From Podarcis vaucheri (Eukaryota): DNA of 64,000 nt. A program made the translations under genes and the position numbers. Of this stretch, positions 1 through 13,318 are shown in pieces. Each line of letters opens with the position of its first letter. The stretch's first letter is position 1. The notes beneath the pieces are model-generated. The model searched no databases and was not told the DNA's origin. It worked only from the letters and a program-made list of their open reading frames with translations. Where the stretch lies: assembly GCA_965113315.1 (NCBI GenBank), contig OZ220364.1; one strand, 5' to 3'.

Positions 1-872
1 AACCTGAATGCTCAAGTGTTACTGTTCTAGGTTTGTTTTGAAAGTAAGATTTAACAGTGGCCATTTCAAATTTCACAATCTAGGGCTGCACCAAGAAGTC
101 TGTGCTCTTTCTATACAGTCAGTTCTTCTGCAACTTCATGATCTCTAACGATCCAGGAACAAAATACCAGCTGCACCCAGTAGCTAAACTGAGATGTGTC
201 ACAAAACTTTCACACTGCGTTGTATCTTGAGTCACAAGTGACTCAAGTTTACCTAATGGAAAACATTCCTTTATCTATTAGTTTTTGCCATTAAAGACCT
301 AATTCCTGATGATTCCTTGAGAAGAAGTATAAGTTGGATAGCTGATAAGATGCTATATATTTATATTTGTCTCATAAACGAGAAAGACATAATTTGGATC
401 TGCTTATTCTGCTAGTGTGATCTAACAGCACAGTTACCCAAATTCTTGTGAACTGTTTTTGGACTAACTTAAGAGTATGGGGCCTCCATGAACCTATCAC
501 TTGTAATCATTTGGTTGGTAAAATATACATACAGTACTCAGCACCATTTTTAGAACATGAAACTGGATGGGCTGAAATTGGTAATCTTTTAGGCCCTGAA
601 GCTAAAACACCATCAACAAAACACATACAGGGCAGATATCCTTCCATTCCCGTCTTAATTACTCTTTACCCAAAAGGCTGTTGAAGATGGCCCTCATCAC
701 CTGTGGACAGAGGAACTTGTTACTTTTCAGCTTCCTCTAGATATGGCTGGTTGTGTTTTGTGTAGGGTAGGGGTTTTTTTAATACCTCTGCCAGTCTGGC
801 TTTTTCTGGACCTACAGTTCTGCACTCTTGCTTGCCACTTGGATCTACCATTGTTAGCTAATAGATTGATGC

Positions 873-873
<1 letters not shown>

Positions 874-919
<46 letters not shown>
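874..919. repeat. (TTA)n microsatellite
   Basis: About 15 perfect units. Confidence 0.97.
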
Positions 920-920
<1 letters not shown>

Positions 921-2659
921 ATGACACGTTACAGATTTTTTTGTACCTTCTGTTGCCATTGTTTTTGGAGATAGTTGAGACAAGCACTTGTAGCAGCATC
1001 TTTGGGTGTTTTGGTTCAGTGCAACAACAGTTCAGAAAGCAACTTTCTGAAATCCCCCAGAGCATTCCCCATGAGATCCCAGCCAGTTACATCTCCATTT
1101 CAATTTGCATAGAGGCAGTGGGACAACATCATGAGAAAGATGAGAATGAAATATTATGCTGGCTGCAGGGCCTAATCTGTCCAACTGACTGCTTATTTGG
1201 TATTTGGTGATGGAGGGAGAATGGATACCAGTAACTTGATTGCAGTAGAATTCAGCATGAGACAAAAAACTAAAGAAGTAATAGCTGACAAATCTTCTGC
1301 TCTGGAAGGGCAGAGGGACATTCGTCACTGATGCTCTGGAATTGTGTCAGTGCTGTAGTGATCTTCTTCAAGTAATAAAGCAGTGATCCCTTATTTTAGA
1401 TTCAGACATGAAGTTCATTACCACCATCAGTTCAAGACTGGAATTACTAATATATGCTATCTGAAGCTATCATTTTTGAGTGTTCAGACACAGGTTCTTT
1501 TGCTTGGAACACATCAATGCACTTCTACTGACTCCCTTTAGGATTGAATTCAAACTCTTGATTTTGACTTAAGTACACAAGTGAAATGTACTGTATAAGA
1601 ATGCTGTGGCCCATATACCCTGTCCATGATCTCTTGCTGAGCTCCATGCCATATTCATTCATCCATCTATGTGAAAGGGCAAATCATAACATACTTTTTT
1701 TTAAAAAACCAATTGTGGGCTGGGGAAACAAATACATTTAGAATTCTAAGATACAATTCAAGGGCTGTCTTCCAGATCTCTGGTGGTTCAGGCTATACAG
1801 TAAGCCACCTTTCCCATCAGCAAAATGTAACAGGATTCAGGTTACATTAAAATGGGCAGAAGTCCTTCTCACTTTAAATGAGAATGAGCTCAATTTCTTA
1901 ACATCAAGCAAGACTCACTGGGCTCAAAAGTACCAGCTGCAGAAGGCAGGTTAAGGACTTGGAGCATGAATGGCATCCTCATTCATAGTAACTGAGACTA
2001 TTTTACTCAGTGATCATGAGCCCAGTCAAGGCTGCTCCTTTGCTATTAAATAGATACAAGAAGCAACACTACTGATAAATTTAGATAAGAGGCTGAATTG
2101 TAGTCAGTGTCTGAACCTACAGTGATTTCTCCAGTCCAATATACTTTGATTTTGTTGGAATTTTTGTGTCATGAATCTTGCCACCACTGTTACCATTTAA
2201 CCATTCCTTTCCCAAGTTGACAGTTTTTTCCACCCCAAACATATACAATAGCATATACTCAAAGTTCTGTACCTAGAATTATCAAGCAAGCCGATTGCTG
2301 TTTATTTATTTAGATTTCCTCCTCATCCTTTACCATAAGATTCATGGGTGTGAAATGAATCAACAGAATGGTGCACTAAATTTTTTGACTAAAAATAACA
2401 ACAAAAAAGTTCAATTCATTGAGTTCAATGTGGCAAAAAACATGAGATCTGCCAAGGGCACCCATTGAAGGATTTACTCATTGGACTTGGTGGAGACAGC
2501 AAGGGGACACAGAGTTATTTTTAGTGCTCCCAGTTAAGGATCCCTGGTCACAGATGATTCCTTAAGTCAGTGTCTGAAGCTGCAGGGAATGGAATTAAAG
2601 AGCGGTGCTATCTTGTGATATTTTTAGAATTTTAGCAACACACTGGGTTTTCCACAAAT

Positions 2660-4633
2660 TTCTCAAGCACAAAAATGTTTTATTTTGTCTTCTCTTGAAT
2701 ATATACAATCTCTTGGGAGTGAGGAGTTAGTGCCCCTGACTTGTCGGCTTACAAGGGGCACGGCTATACAACAGGCAATACCAACAAACCGAAGGTTTCA
2801 GTGCAAGCCAAGGGGGGTAGGAATAGTGAGAACAAGATTTTCCATATTTTGCTCATAAAGCATACAGACATGAATCTAAAATAAAGTCTCAAACAAATGA
2901 AATATACATGTTACAGAGAGCAGAAATCTCTTACTACAGCATGTATTTTGCCCAGGCAGATGACTCTGCACCATGTTCTACAAAATTCAATTCTAACCGA
3001 ATTGATGGAATAATATAAACTAAATGGAACCAACAAAACGTTTCAGACAGTTCTTAATGCTCAAAGTACAATAGAACTATACAATTCACAGATCGGCAGC
3101 GCAAAACAGCCCCGACTCTTCAGCAGGTAGTTCAAAAATGTCATTGCCATAAAGAGAGAATGTGAGTGCAGTGTGCCTTCAACTTTTCTGCTGCAAAGCT
3201 TTTTATTTTAAAATGTGTGACATTATGCTTGTCCTAGTTTTTTTTTTAATTTCAAGTAAATAGAGACTTACCAATCTGCAAATCAATCTTAGTAGTTACC
3301 TTGTGCCTTTATACTGAGAGGTGAAGGTGCAAAGTCTATGTACAGTTAAGTGAACCCAATGAAAGAAAGCTCAAGTCAAAAAAAGAAAGAGGTGCCCATT
3401 CTATCTACAGTGCAAACGGAGTGAAAAATGACAAAATAAATTCAAATGTGGTCAAACACCAACACTACTCAATAAGTAGGGTGGATAATAATAAAGAAAG
3501 CTTCACATTTAATTCCACTTCAGTGAAAATACTGTAAGCACTTCAAATATGGTTCTGAACTACGACTGTTGTTGGAATAAAGGCAATGGCATGCAAGTAA
3601 AGTTCTGTACTTACATACTTTTTTTAAATAGTAACTTTGGGATGGGCTCTCCTATAACCAATATTTTGATTAGTTCATTTCACAAATGAAACATGCATGG
3701 ATTGAATTTAAATTACATAATTTGTTCAGAATATTTTTTGTTTTTTGCTTTTGCGGCTAAATGAGAAAAAGAGGGAGGGAAGGAGAGAAAAGGGGGAGGA
3801 AGAGAAAAGCATCTTAAACTGCTTGCCAAATTTGCTATTTCATATTAAAACAGAAGTTTTCACTTGCAACAGCTTTTCCAGAAAGATTGCATAACAAAGT
3901 GAATTGCACTGCCCAAAGCTATTACCTGCACACATATATACAACTTAAGTTCAAGCTCTTGTAAATGCTCCTATTGAAAAAGAAAGCTACTCATGTTATT
4001 ACTCTTCATTAAAATGAAACGTCTTCCATCAGTAACTCACTCTGTAAACATTTAAGCCACCCTTTTTCTTTTTTAAACTCACCCTTTAACCACCAGTTAA
4101 AATAAAAGCATTTACAGGAGAAAAATGGAACAAAACTGGGCAAGAGATTCAAATGTAAACCTTCAACATTTTTTCCAATATATTTATATTTATATATATA
4201 TTTGCAAATTAAAAAAAAATTAACCTCACACAAGCAGATTGTAAATAAAATACACTTTTCAATTATTCTTATTATTTACATCTTTCCAGCGAGAACTGAA
4301 AAGCTTGAATTCAAGGCACTAATACTCCTGCAGGATTAATACAGTTGTCTTAACCATCAATTCAAGTACATTAACGCTGAAGTTTGCGGTTTCAAACACC
4401 AGAGCACAAAATAAAGTGATCTTCGGCAAGGAAGGAGAAGCAAATATTGCCATAACCACAAACGAATCGGTGTGAAAACATTTCACAGTGATTGCTTGAT
4501 TCAGTGTATGGATGGTGTGCACGCTAGCAGGCCTGAACCGAATGCTGGCAGGTCAACACACCCCGTGCATAGGCTCAAACGCGCCGCCCTGGCGATGTGG
4601 GAAAGCACCGTCAGCTATCGAAAGGCGGCCGAG
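2660..4633 (-). other. WNK2: WNK2 3' UTR (end approximate)
   Basis: AU-rich sequence with no recognisable repeats downstream of the stop, ending near an AATAAA with a GU-rich downstream element. Confidence 0.65.
2679..2684 (-). terminator. Candidate polyadenylation signal AATAAA
   Basis: Plus-strand tttatt; followed on the minus strand by GU-rich tttgtgg...gtgtgttg. Confidence 0.5.
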
Positions 4634-4984
4634 CTAAGTTATTCTCATGTTCGAGCCTGGCGGGTTGACCACAGGTTGCTGCAGCGGCACTGGAAACAGC
4701 TGCAAGCCGTTTTTGCCCAGAGGTGGGAATGGCGCAACGCTCTGGCCTCCTACAATCCCAGGCTGTGTGGCTGGGCCCAACCACTGCACTCCAAAAACAG
4801 ATGTAGGAAAAACTCCTCCATATTGACAAAGAGGCATCACATAAGGTTTTACTGTGCCAGAAAGGGTAGTACCTGGCATAGGCACTGGCAGGGATGGTGA
4901 AACTCCAGGAGTTAATGCAGCTGGCACTGGGCAAGAGACTGGAACAATTGTCTTTTCCCCCACTCCTGTTCTGACTGAATTAAC
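4634..4984 (-). CDS. WNK2: WNK2 terminal coding exon ending ...NPPGSNMRIT*
   Basis: tttgtttttgtag|GTTAAT...ATAACTTAG; in frame with ORF 4634..4963; C-terminus resembles WNK1 NPPGSNLRTT. Confidence 0.88.
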   Translation of the reverse strand, partial: VNSVRTGVGEKTIVPVSCPVPAALTPGVSPSLPVPMPGTTLSGTVKPYVMPLCQYGGVFPTSVFGVQWLGPATQPGIVGGQSVAPFPPLGKNGLQLFPVPLQQPVVNPPGSNMRIT

Positions 4985-6798
4985 CTACAAAAACAAACAT
5001 AAAAAGCAACAGCTATTACGCTTGTACCCTCCTAGCTGAGCAGTGAGACATCATCGCTTTATGGCAGTTTATCATTTCAAACTCAACAGTTGCATCACAC
5101 TCGGCTACTCTGTTCTGAGGGGACGTCCTGGTTCTGCGCCCTCCAGTAGAGGAGATTGTAGATTGTGAATGGGGCAATAAATGCAGAAACTTGGCCAGTT
5201 GCTTTAACATACACACACACCCTCTAGGTTTTCATAGACATAATGACTTCAGGGGGAATCCTCTGAACTGTCTACATTCCACATGAAATTTAGGCAATGT
5301 GGCGGTCTGCAAAATACCTGCATTATTTCTCCGTCAGTATATAAGAGCTGATAATCAATCATTGCTTTCCTTAAAACAATAACAACCCACCCATCCAAGT
5401 CCCACACCTATCTCCCTTCAACACAATCTGGAGAACAGTGTTGCTGTATTGGCTGTAAGCAGCATATAGCCAAATCTGGGGGGAAAACCACCCAAAACTG
5501 TTGTCCACAAGATATTCATGTGTAGGTAGAAAAAATATATGTACCAGTGAACTCCCTTCCGTGCTTTCAGCCACCCCATAACATCTTTTCACTGGCTCTC
5601 CAGAGAATTCTTTAAACACACACACACAGAGCTCTTGGGACTATATAGCTCAGCTCCACAGCTCTGAAAATATCTAGACAATGCAGAACTGGATGAGAGA
5701 AAGGGCTTTCTTTTCTAAACACTGAGAACAGCTGACTTCCTGAGAATTATGAGCTTAAATATAGTCCAAATGCCACAAAAGCAATTATTGTACAAGAGAT
5801 CTGTCTGGTTCCCCCATGGATTTGGTTAGCAGGTTTTAATTTCACATATAATTTACAACTTCTGGCAGTGATTTCATTAAGTCAGCACCTACTCCTGAAT
5901 GATGGTTCTTTCAGGCAATCCCTTTGTCTATAATATCAGGGTCAAATTGGTAATTATACCCAGGAGATGGAGTGAGAATTTTTAAGGCAGAAAATGTGCA
6001 TGAACTGAAATGAAAGCATTTTGAGGGAGTTTTGCTTGCAATATCTAGACTGAAAAGTCAATAGTACTATCCTAGGCATAACTACTGAACAGGGTTCCTA
6101 CTCCTTACCCAAAACTAAGCTCCATTGAACTCAGTGGGACTAACTTCTGAGTAGAAATGTGTAGGATTGCACGTCAGCTACCGATTTTGGCTCCAAGAAT
6201 GACAACCTCAAAATATTTATTTCCTTTAAAAGATACAAGGGAGATGAGAGGCTTTCCTAACAATCTTAAAGAGACTCTATTCACCGGTAGCCCATTTAGC
6301 CAAGAATTAGTTCTTCATGGAATGAGCAGTTGTATGCGGGCAACAGATTTGCAGAATGTTGATAGCTTCTCTTAGCAGCAATTGGCAAGAGTATTACAAA
6401 GTACAAGACGTATGTGCCATGAAAGTGAGCACTCTATCATAGAACCTTAAAAAAGAAAAGGGAAAAAAAATCATGTACTATTTTTTACTTTGCTCAGGCC
6501 ATCTGTGGTTGGATAACATTGTTTTGCGGGATGAATTTGGTTCAAACTTCTCTATTTAGGCATTTTTGAAGTAGTTCTAGCTTTCATGCCCTACAGTGGC
6601 TAATATTAGCTCATTGTCTTGAAGACTGGAAGACTAATTAAATACTACTGAGAAGGAAATAATATTGTGCTTTTTCTCTCCTAATAGCTCCAGATTCCAT
6701 CATTTCTCGAAATTGCCTATCCTAGCCTATCTATCCTAGAGGTTTCCAGATAGTGTGCTGGCCCTGAGTCCTAAATACAACCTAAATGCATACCTATA

Positions 6799-6868
6799 CA
6801 GTGGTACCTCGGGTTAAGTACTTAATTCGTTCCGGAGGTCCGTTCTTAACCTGAAAGTGTTCTTAACA
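6799..6868. mobile_element. Truncated Tc1/mariner-type MITE end (same family as 61574-61817)
   Basis: TA-cagtggtacctcgggttaagtacttaattcgttccggaggtccgttcttaacctgaaa, nearly identical to the left end of the 61574 element. Confidence 0.8.
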
Positions 6869-9800
6869 GGTAATAGGCTACCTTATAATGGAAGTTCACA
6901 TGCATTCGTGAACAACTATATATATATATATAGAGAGAGAGAGAGTTATAGTCTAATATGGGGGGAATATATTGGCCTAGTTAGGTGGTCTGAGGTTAAA
7001 CCTTGTTTGAGGGCCTAAAAAAGAGGAAAGAGGAAGACAGCAGAGGCCTGAGGCTTGACTAAAGGGGAGCAGGTGATGCAGCAGAAAAAGACAAGGAAGT
7101 GAGAGGATGGCACAAGGAAGAAGAGGCAGGGTACCTAACAGGAGGAAAGGCAAAATTAGAAAGATGGAGGAAAGCCAGCTAGGAATATGAAAGGGAAGCT
7201 GGGGCTGGCACTTGCCAGCTGCTCAGCTACGGCTCATCTTTATCACTATGTTTCCATAAAGGCTTGCTGCATTTGGATGGGAAACTTACTGGCAGTTTTA
7301 TAAACAACAATAATGTGCTCAGACCTTCAACTTTTTTGAAAGCCAGAGAATCCAAATGGCACTGTGTATACGCATGAGCTTTCTGCTAAGGCCAGTCCCT
7401 GGGTGGATACAGCTTATTTAGGATTCTCTTCTCTCAGTATGTTTTGCTCATCTGTCACTTTGCTGTTCAGTCAACCAGCTTGAAGACATCCTTTGGGAGA
7501 TCTTTGGATGAGCCAAACTACACATTACGTTGGTTGCATGTTTGCCTTTTGCATTGATATTTTATTTGCAAATAGCCAGCCCCGCCCAGTATGCACTTCA
7601 ACCCTCCTGGCACATATACACACAGCTCCCTCACCAATAGAAGCAGTGGAAACTATTTTACTACCATAGAATGCAAAGCCTTTTCAAACTGATTTTCATT
7701 ATGTGCTCCCAAATTGAACCCACAGCATCCATGCTAATTTATATAAGAGAGCCATACCCCCATAGTTTTGCATACCCTTTGGGCATTTGTGGATTCTTCT
7801 GATATTTGGCATATATTAATCTGGCAGTTACAATAATCAACACCTTTCTGTTTAGATAGCAACTCTTTCAACACTGTGAGAGCTTTTTAATATTGTGACC
7901 GCTTTCTCCCCTCAAAACAAACAATAGTCGTGGCGGGTGGCCTGAAACAGGTCAGGGCCACAGCAAGGGAGAAAGGGTTAAAGTACTCCTAACCTGCAAG
8001 GCCAGCTCACAATCTTGATCAAGTCCACCAGGCTGGCTATTGAATGAAAAATCTTGCACACAAATGACAAAACATGTGACTAATGTGATGTGCTAATTGG
8101 TCCATAGGCTGAATAGGATTTTTAGTGTTAGTTGTTATAATTTTTAACAATTTGCTCTTCAAATTTCAGTTTTACATTTGCTTTGTCAGTTTTACTGTTT
8201 TGCTTTCTTCATTCGCTTCCCCTCCAACATCCAATAATGTTGACCACCTTTTGTGCTTCCCCTCCCTGCCTTTTGTAATTAAAGGTATGCATTTTATTTG
8301 AGCTCTTTTAATTTCTTTTAATAAGCTCCAAAATTCCCAAAGGAAAATGATGCTTGTAACTGAACATTTTAGCTTTCTATCAACATCTTGCCATATTCTC
8401 ATATTGAAACAGCGTGTAAGTTCATTTTGGGCCTTTGTCATACATACTCCATGGCAACCACAGCCATGATTTTGCTTTCCAGAGAGAATAAGAAAATTGT
8501 TTCTCCCTATTAAGGTCTCCATATTTTTTTTAACGCTAATATGAATCACACTCAAGTCTTTCCTTGTTTGAACATTCATCTTTTCTTTCTTCATGTTTCT
8601 TTCAAAAACCACTTTCCCCTTCTTACAAGTTAGTAGAGTTCTGTATAAGTCAAGGCTGCAATCCTATGAACACTCACTTGTAAATTTCCATTAAAATCAC
8701 AGCGACTTACTTTTGGAATTGTGCTGCATGTCTGCTCAAATCTTGTTGAAATCAGTGGAGCATAAGGACACTGATCTTCCTGTGGATTATGTCCAATATC
8801 GCCTTAGATTAAATTACCATTGTCCAAATCCAGCAAGAAAACTCTGCCTATGCTAACCATTCCTTTTAGCTTGAATTCCCAGTTTTTCTCTATTTCAATC
8901 ATGGCTCTACCACTAAAGGCAACTTCCTAGCATGTTTGCAATGTGGATTTAGATGTGTACCTGCACGCACACAATACCCATGGGCCCAATAGAATTGACT
9001 GGATGTGTCTTTTGTTACAAATGAAAATGTACAGCCACACCAGGGACCACCAGTTGTGATATGTGAACAGGGATCAAGCCTTGTTTTAACAGAACTAAAC
9101 CTCAGCAGCTCTACACGACCTCTTTATCTGGATTCCTTCTAGTATTTTTGACAGGTTACTATGTTATCTTTCCTATATTAGGGAAGATAATGGTGAATTG
9201 CAAATGCTACTCAAACTTATCCAAGGCAAGGCAATAGATATGAAACACGGAGGACTTTACCCCCTCCTATTTTTAATTCTCCATTCTTCACCCACACAAG
9301 AATTATTGCTTCCTTGCCAGCTAGCATCAAGCTCAAACAGATGTAAAATTCTGCTGTTTCCAGTTTGTTTAACATATCACCTACCAGCCACTGAAACAAG
9401 AACTGCACTCTTAAGGTTCCTTTAGCATTTTCTTCCCGTCTCACAGCTTTCCCCCCCCCCTACCCCATCTTCATCCCTTTGGAGTCCTGGTCTGACACAT
9501 TTATTATCACGCAAAAGAAAACACATATTGTTTTGTACAACCTCCTGTTAAGATAATTTCTTCCAGTTCAAGGAATTCTATATGCAGTACAGCTCAAGGT
9601 GCTATTTTTAGCTTGTAGCTCTCGCATCCACTGAAGTTGTTGAACATGGGTTACAGTAGCATTAATGAAAAGCTCGTAGATGATGGGCTGCCACCAGTAC
9701 ATACTACTTATCTCCCTTACTGTTTGAAAATTACATTCCATGCACATTTCATGATGTTTTTTTAAAAAACTAACAGCTAGCATGGCCACCCTTGCCTATC

Positions 9801-11685
9801 AGTGGCTTTGAATACAAATGAACAAATCTGTGCTGGCCATTCGTGCTTCATTGCCATATTTATTTGATGTACTTTATTGTAGGAGTTCTTACTGCAACAG
9901 AAGTAAAGAGAAGTGAGTTCCTTTTAATCCAAGAAAGAAAAAGCAGAGATGTGGGTTGCACTGTCTATCGTGCTTTTGATAAGCAAATAAAACAGGACAA
10001 GCAAATTCTTATAAGCTTTTATGCAATTGATCCAAGAAGAATCACCATTCCCCCCCCAAAAAAAAATATACAAAGATTTGTCTTAGAGAAAGGATGATGC
10101 TGAAAAGCAACAGTACCATTGGTTGAATAAAAAATATCACAGGGCGAGTACTCTGTATAGCTGGGCAAAGAGAGAGACAAATAGGAAATCTGTACTTAAA
10201 CAGTGTGCATGCAACTCTCATTATCTGTAGAGACTTGCCCATAGACCCATCACGTACGAATGTATATAGTAAGAATGTACAAAATATGGCAGAAGAAGTT
10301 ACGTATTCTTCTTCCAATGCAGTGCTTCTCAGCCCTTTTCTTCTCTTAGGACTGGATACAAAAGTATGAACACATTATTTGCAGAAGCTTAGCACCAGCT
10401 TTATCAAAGCCCTGACTGCCGCAGCTGAGCAAACCTGGTATGTTTGCTCCACTGCAACTGCTGTTCCCAACTGGACAGACAATTAGGGAAGTGCAAGCCT
10501 ACTTTCTGCATTTATCTGTATCACTGGAAAGGGGAGAGAGAGAAAAAATATAGAGAGAGGTTGCTGGGCAAGGAGGCTTCACTGCTCCAAGACCGCTTTA
10601 TATTTCCATCGTGCTTCTTGCCTTGATTAACCCTGTAGCATTGTCTTGGTGCTCTAGTGCTGCAACACAAGTATAGTTACATCACATGCTATTTCCTCAA
10701 GTAATGGAAGCTGTGCAAGTGTTTGAGAAAATATTTCGGTGAGTGCCGACATGCAAATCAAACGGATCTCAGTTACCGAAGGTATGTAGGAAGCGTGTTC
10801 TTGTAGACAGACACCGCAGCTTGTAACCATTTGCAGCTAACGAGGCCAAAAGCCCTCTGAAGAAACAAGACCTGAGATTGTGAGAACTTTCCACCTTGCT
10901 AAGACAGCCTCCTTATACCAAGTTCCTTTATTTTTGCTATTCTACCTTAACAATATGATCTGTTAATTTTTAAAACAAATTTAAAGTGTCATTTTCATAG
11001 GAAAGCTGCTACTGCTAAAATGAAGCATTTAATTAAAAAAAACACTCTACTAGAGAAAGCCAGTTCAAACATTAATGCTATTGTTTTTAAAAAGATGGTA
11101 TTTCCCATCAATATTGAATAACTGATAAGAGCACATAGCTCTTCCTCTTACTCATTCCCTTCTTGCTTCTTGGTTTTCTCGTGTTACCTTTCTGGCCGGG
11201 TTCACATATCACGCTAAGCCAAACTATGCATGGGTGCACTGTGTTACCACAGAGTAGCTCACAGCTGCTTTGCTCCTGCTGCTGTGCTGCACTGCTTGAA
11301 GTCAAAGCTTGGCTTCGCATGTCATTCAAAACCAAATTCATGTTCGAGCTCCCTTCCTGAAAAAGCTAGGCGCTGTATCCACTTAAGCCGTTGGGTGCAC
11401 AGAACAACAACTGCTCACGCAGCAAAACATCCCCTCCGTCTCCTTTCCCTGTGTGCCACTGGCAATCCTCCAACCCCAAATCTGCTCTAAGGGTTCCACC
11501 AACCCTCTGCTTGTACAGCTTCACCTTGTGCCTTGGCCTGTATGACACACTAAGCTGAACTTGGCTCAGCTTAGTGTAGCAGCAAAAGGGATCAAGGAGG
11601 AGAAAATCGGCTGTGGCCTCCTCTCTGGGAACATGATGTGTGAGCCAGGCTTCTGAGTTTTGACTCCGGCATAAATCTGACACTG

Positions 11686-11711
11686 ACACACACACACACA
11701 CACACACACAC
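11686..11711. repeat. (CA)n microsatellite
   Basis: Direct observation. Confidence 0.95.
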
Positions 11712-12286
11712 GTTCTTTGATTTCCATCTGCTGGATTTAGGTATGTATTTGTGTTTCCCATCACTATGTTTTATGGTTACAGATTTCCAGCTCTAAACAT
11801 CAGCAATTTGTCAGGGAAGTCCAAGAAATGGATGTAACCTAAGCATGCCACCTACAGTTTTATAAATTCCATTTGCCAGATACTGCCTCTGTCCGATAAG
11901 GGTTGTATTCCTTTGTGAATAGAAGAACTCCTTTCATTGATTCATTCTCTGTGTCACCCCTCTTTTCCCAGTCTGCACCCCCCCCCCTGGTATCTTCCAT
12001 GTCATTCTATCAGTCCCTGCAACCCTCTGGAATACTTTTTGGTTGGTGTAGGGAGCCACAGAGGGGAGAAATGTATTTGCAAAAAATAATCTCCCTTTCT
12101 CTTCTATCAGTGGAAGCATCTGCTTGATCTAAAGCCCTTTCACAAACAGAAGGGTGCACTGGATTCCACACACAGTATATTAAGTTCCTGGTCTGCATGC
12201 ATCTCCTCTAATAACATGTGCCCTAGTTCAGCGGTTCCAATGTGTTATTTGGGACTTGGAGTGTGCACAAACAGTCACACAGACAT

Positions 12287-12334
<48 letters not shown>
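12287..12334. repeat. Compound (CA)n(GA)n microsatellite
   Basis: Direct observation. Confidence 0.95.
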
Positions 12335-12337
<3 letters not shown>

Positions 12338-12700
12338 TGTCTTTGAAGAGGGCTTGCCCCAGTCTCTTCAAATAGAGTGGATTCACCAAATTTACCTAAA
12401 AAAGGGGATGGGGACATTCCTTGATTGCAGTATCTTTGTGTGTGTACACTATAGGGGAGTGGAGCACTGGTGTTATGATTTAGTACTAGCCTTTTTAACA
12501 ACAACAACATGCAGTTAGAAACATGTGGCGGTTGGGAATAATCAGTTGTAGCATTGGAATGGGTGGCAGTGATGAAAGTGGCGTGGTGAGGAGATGACAG
12601 TGTGTCCATCTTTCATCTTTCACTTTAAACCACATTCACATCATTAAATTAGGGTTCTATGAAGTATTATCAATGAAATGTAAAAAAGAACACTAAAACG

Positions 12701-12835
12701 GCAATCCTGTACCCAATTACCTGGGAGTAAGTCCCATTGAACTCAACGGGTTTCATGTCTGAGCAGACATGTCTAGGATTTTGCTGTGAGACTGCTCTCA
12801 ATGGGACTTAACTTCTGAATAGACCTCCATAGGAC
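12701..12835. mobile_element. Old palindromic interspersed repeat (gcaatcct...cccattgaactcaatggg...taggatt family)
   Basis: Diverged copies also near 6095-6170, 8655-8725, 21930-22010 and 43520-43600; self-complementary ends; family not identified. Confidence 0.6.
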
Positions 12836-13318
12836 CACAGTACCAGTTGCCGTCCTCCCCTTTAAAAGGCAAAAGTACTGGCACAGTCTCTCGCAGAAGA
12901 ACAGCCTACAAACTGCTACCAGCAAGCTATTACAGCAAACCAACAACTGGAAGATTAATGACACAGTTGGAAAAGGAATTAAATAAAAAAAAAACTTCAG
13001 CAACCATTGTTTAAATTTGTTTTAAGACAAAGCAACATTTGATTACCAGTAAATGTATTGCTGTGTATCAACTATTCTCCATTCGTATTCTTCATTTTGT
13101 CACAATTCTCCATTTGTAAAAAGTTATATACTGAACCAAACAGTGTCAAGATGAAGTCCAAGTAGATAAAAATTCTTAAGCTATTTTTAATAGTTAATGA
13201 AGTGAAATGGATATTTATATGGAATATGCTCCTTAAGCTTATGTCCTCCAAACACCAGCTCTGCAATCTCTTTCAGACACAAAGTAAAAGGTAACGCTCT
13301 TCAAGGAGCGCCACTTAC

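Noticed and set aside
727-1210. ORFs with poly-Leu / poly-Asn
   Set aside because: Created by the (TTA)n microsatellite; no splice or homology support.
11108-11360. Minus-strand ORF with an apparent acceptor at about 11357
   Set aside because: Overlaps an old interspersed repeat (gcttagcgtgatatgtgaacc-like motif, with related sequence near 16020-16230 and 42340-42560); the donor is out of phase with the terminal exon.
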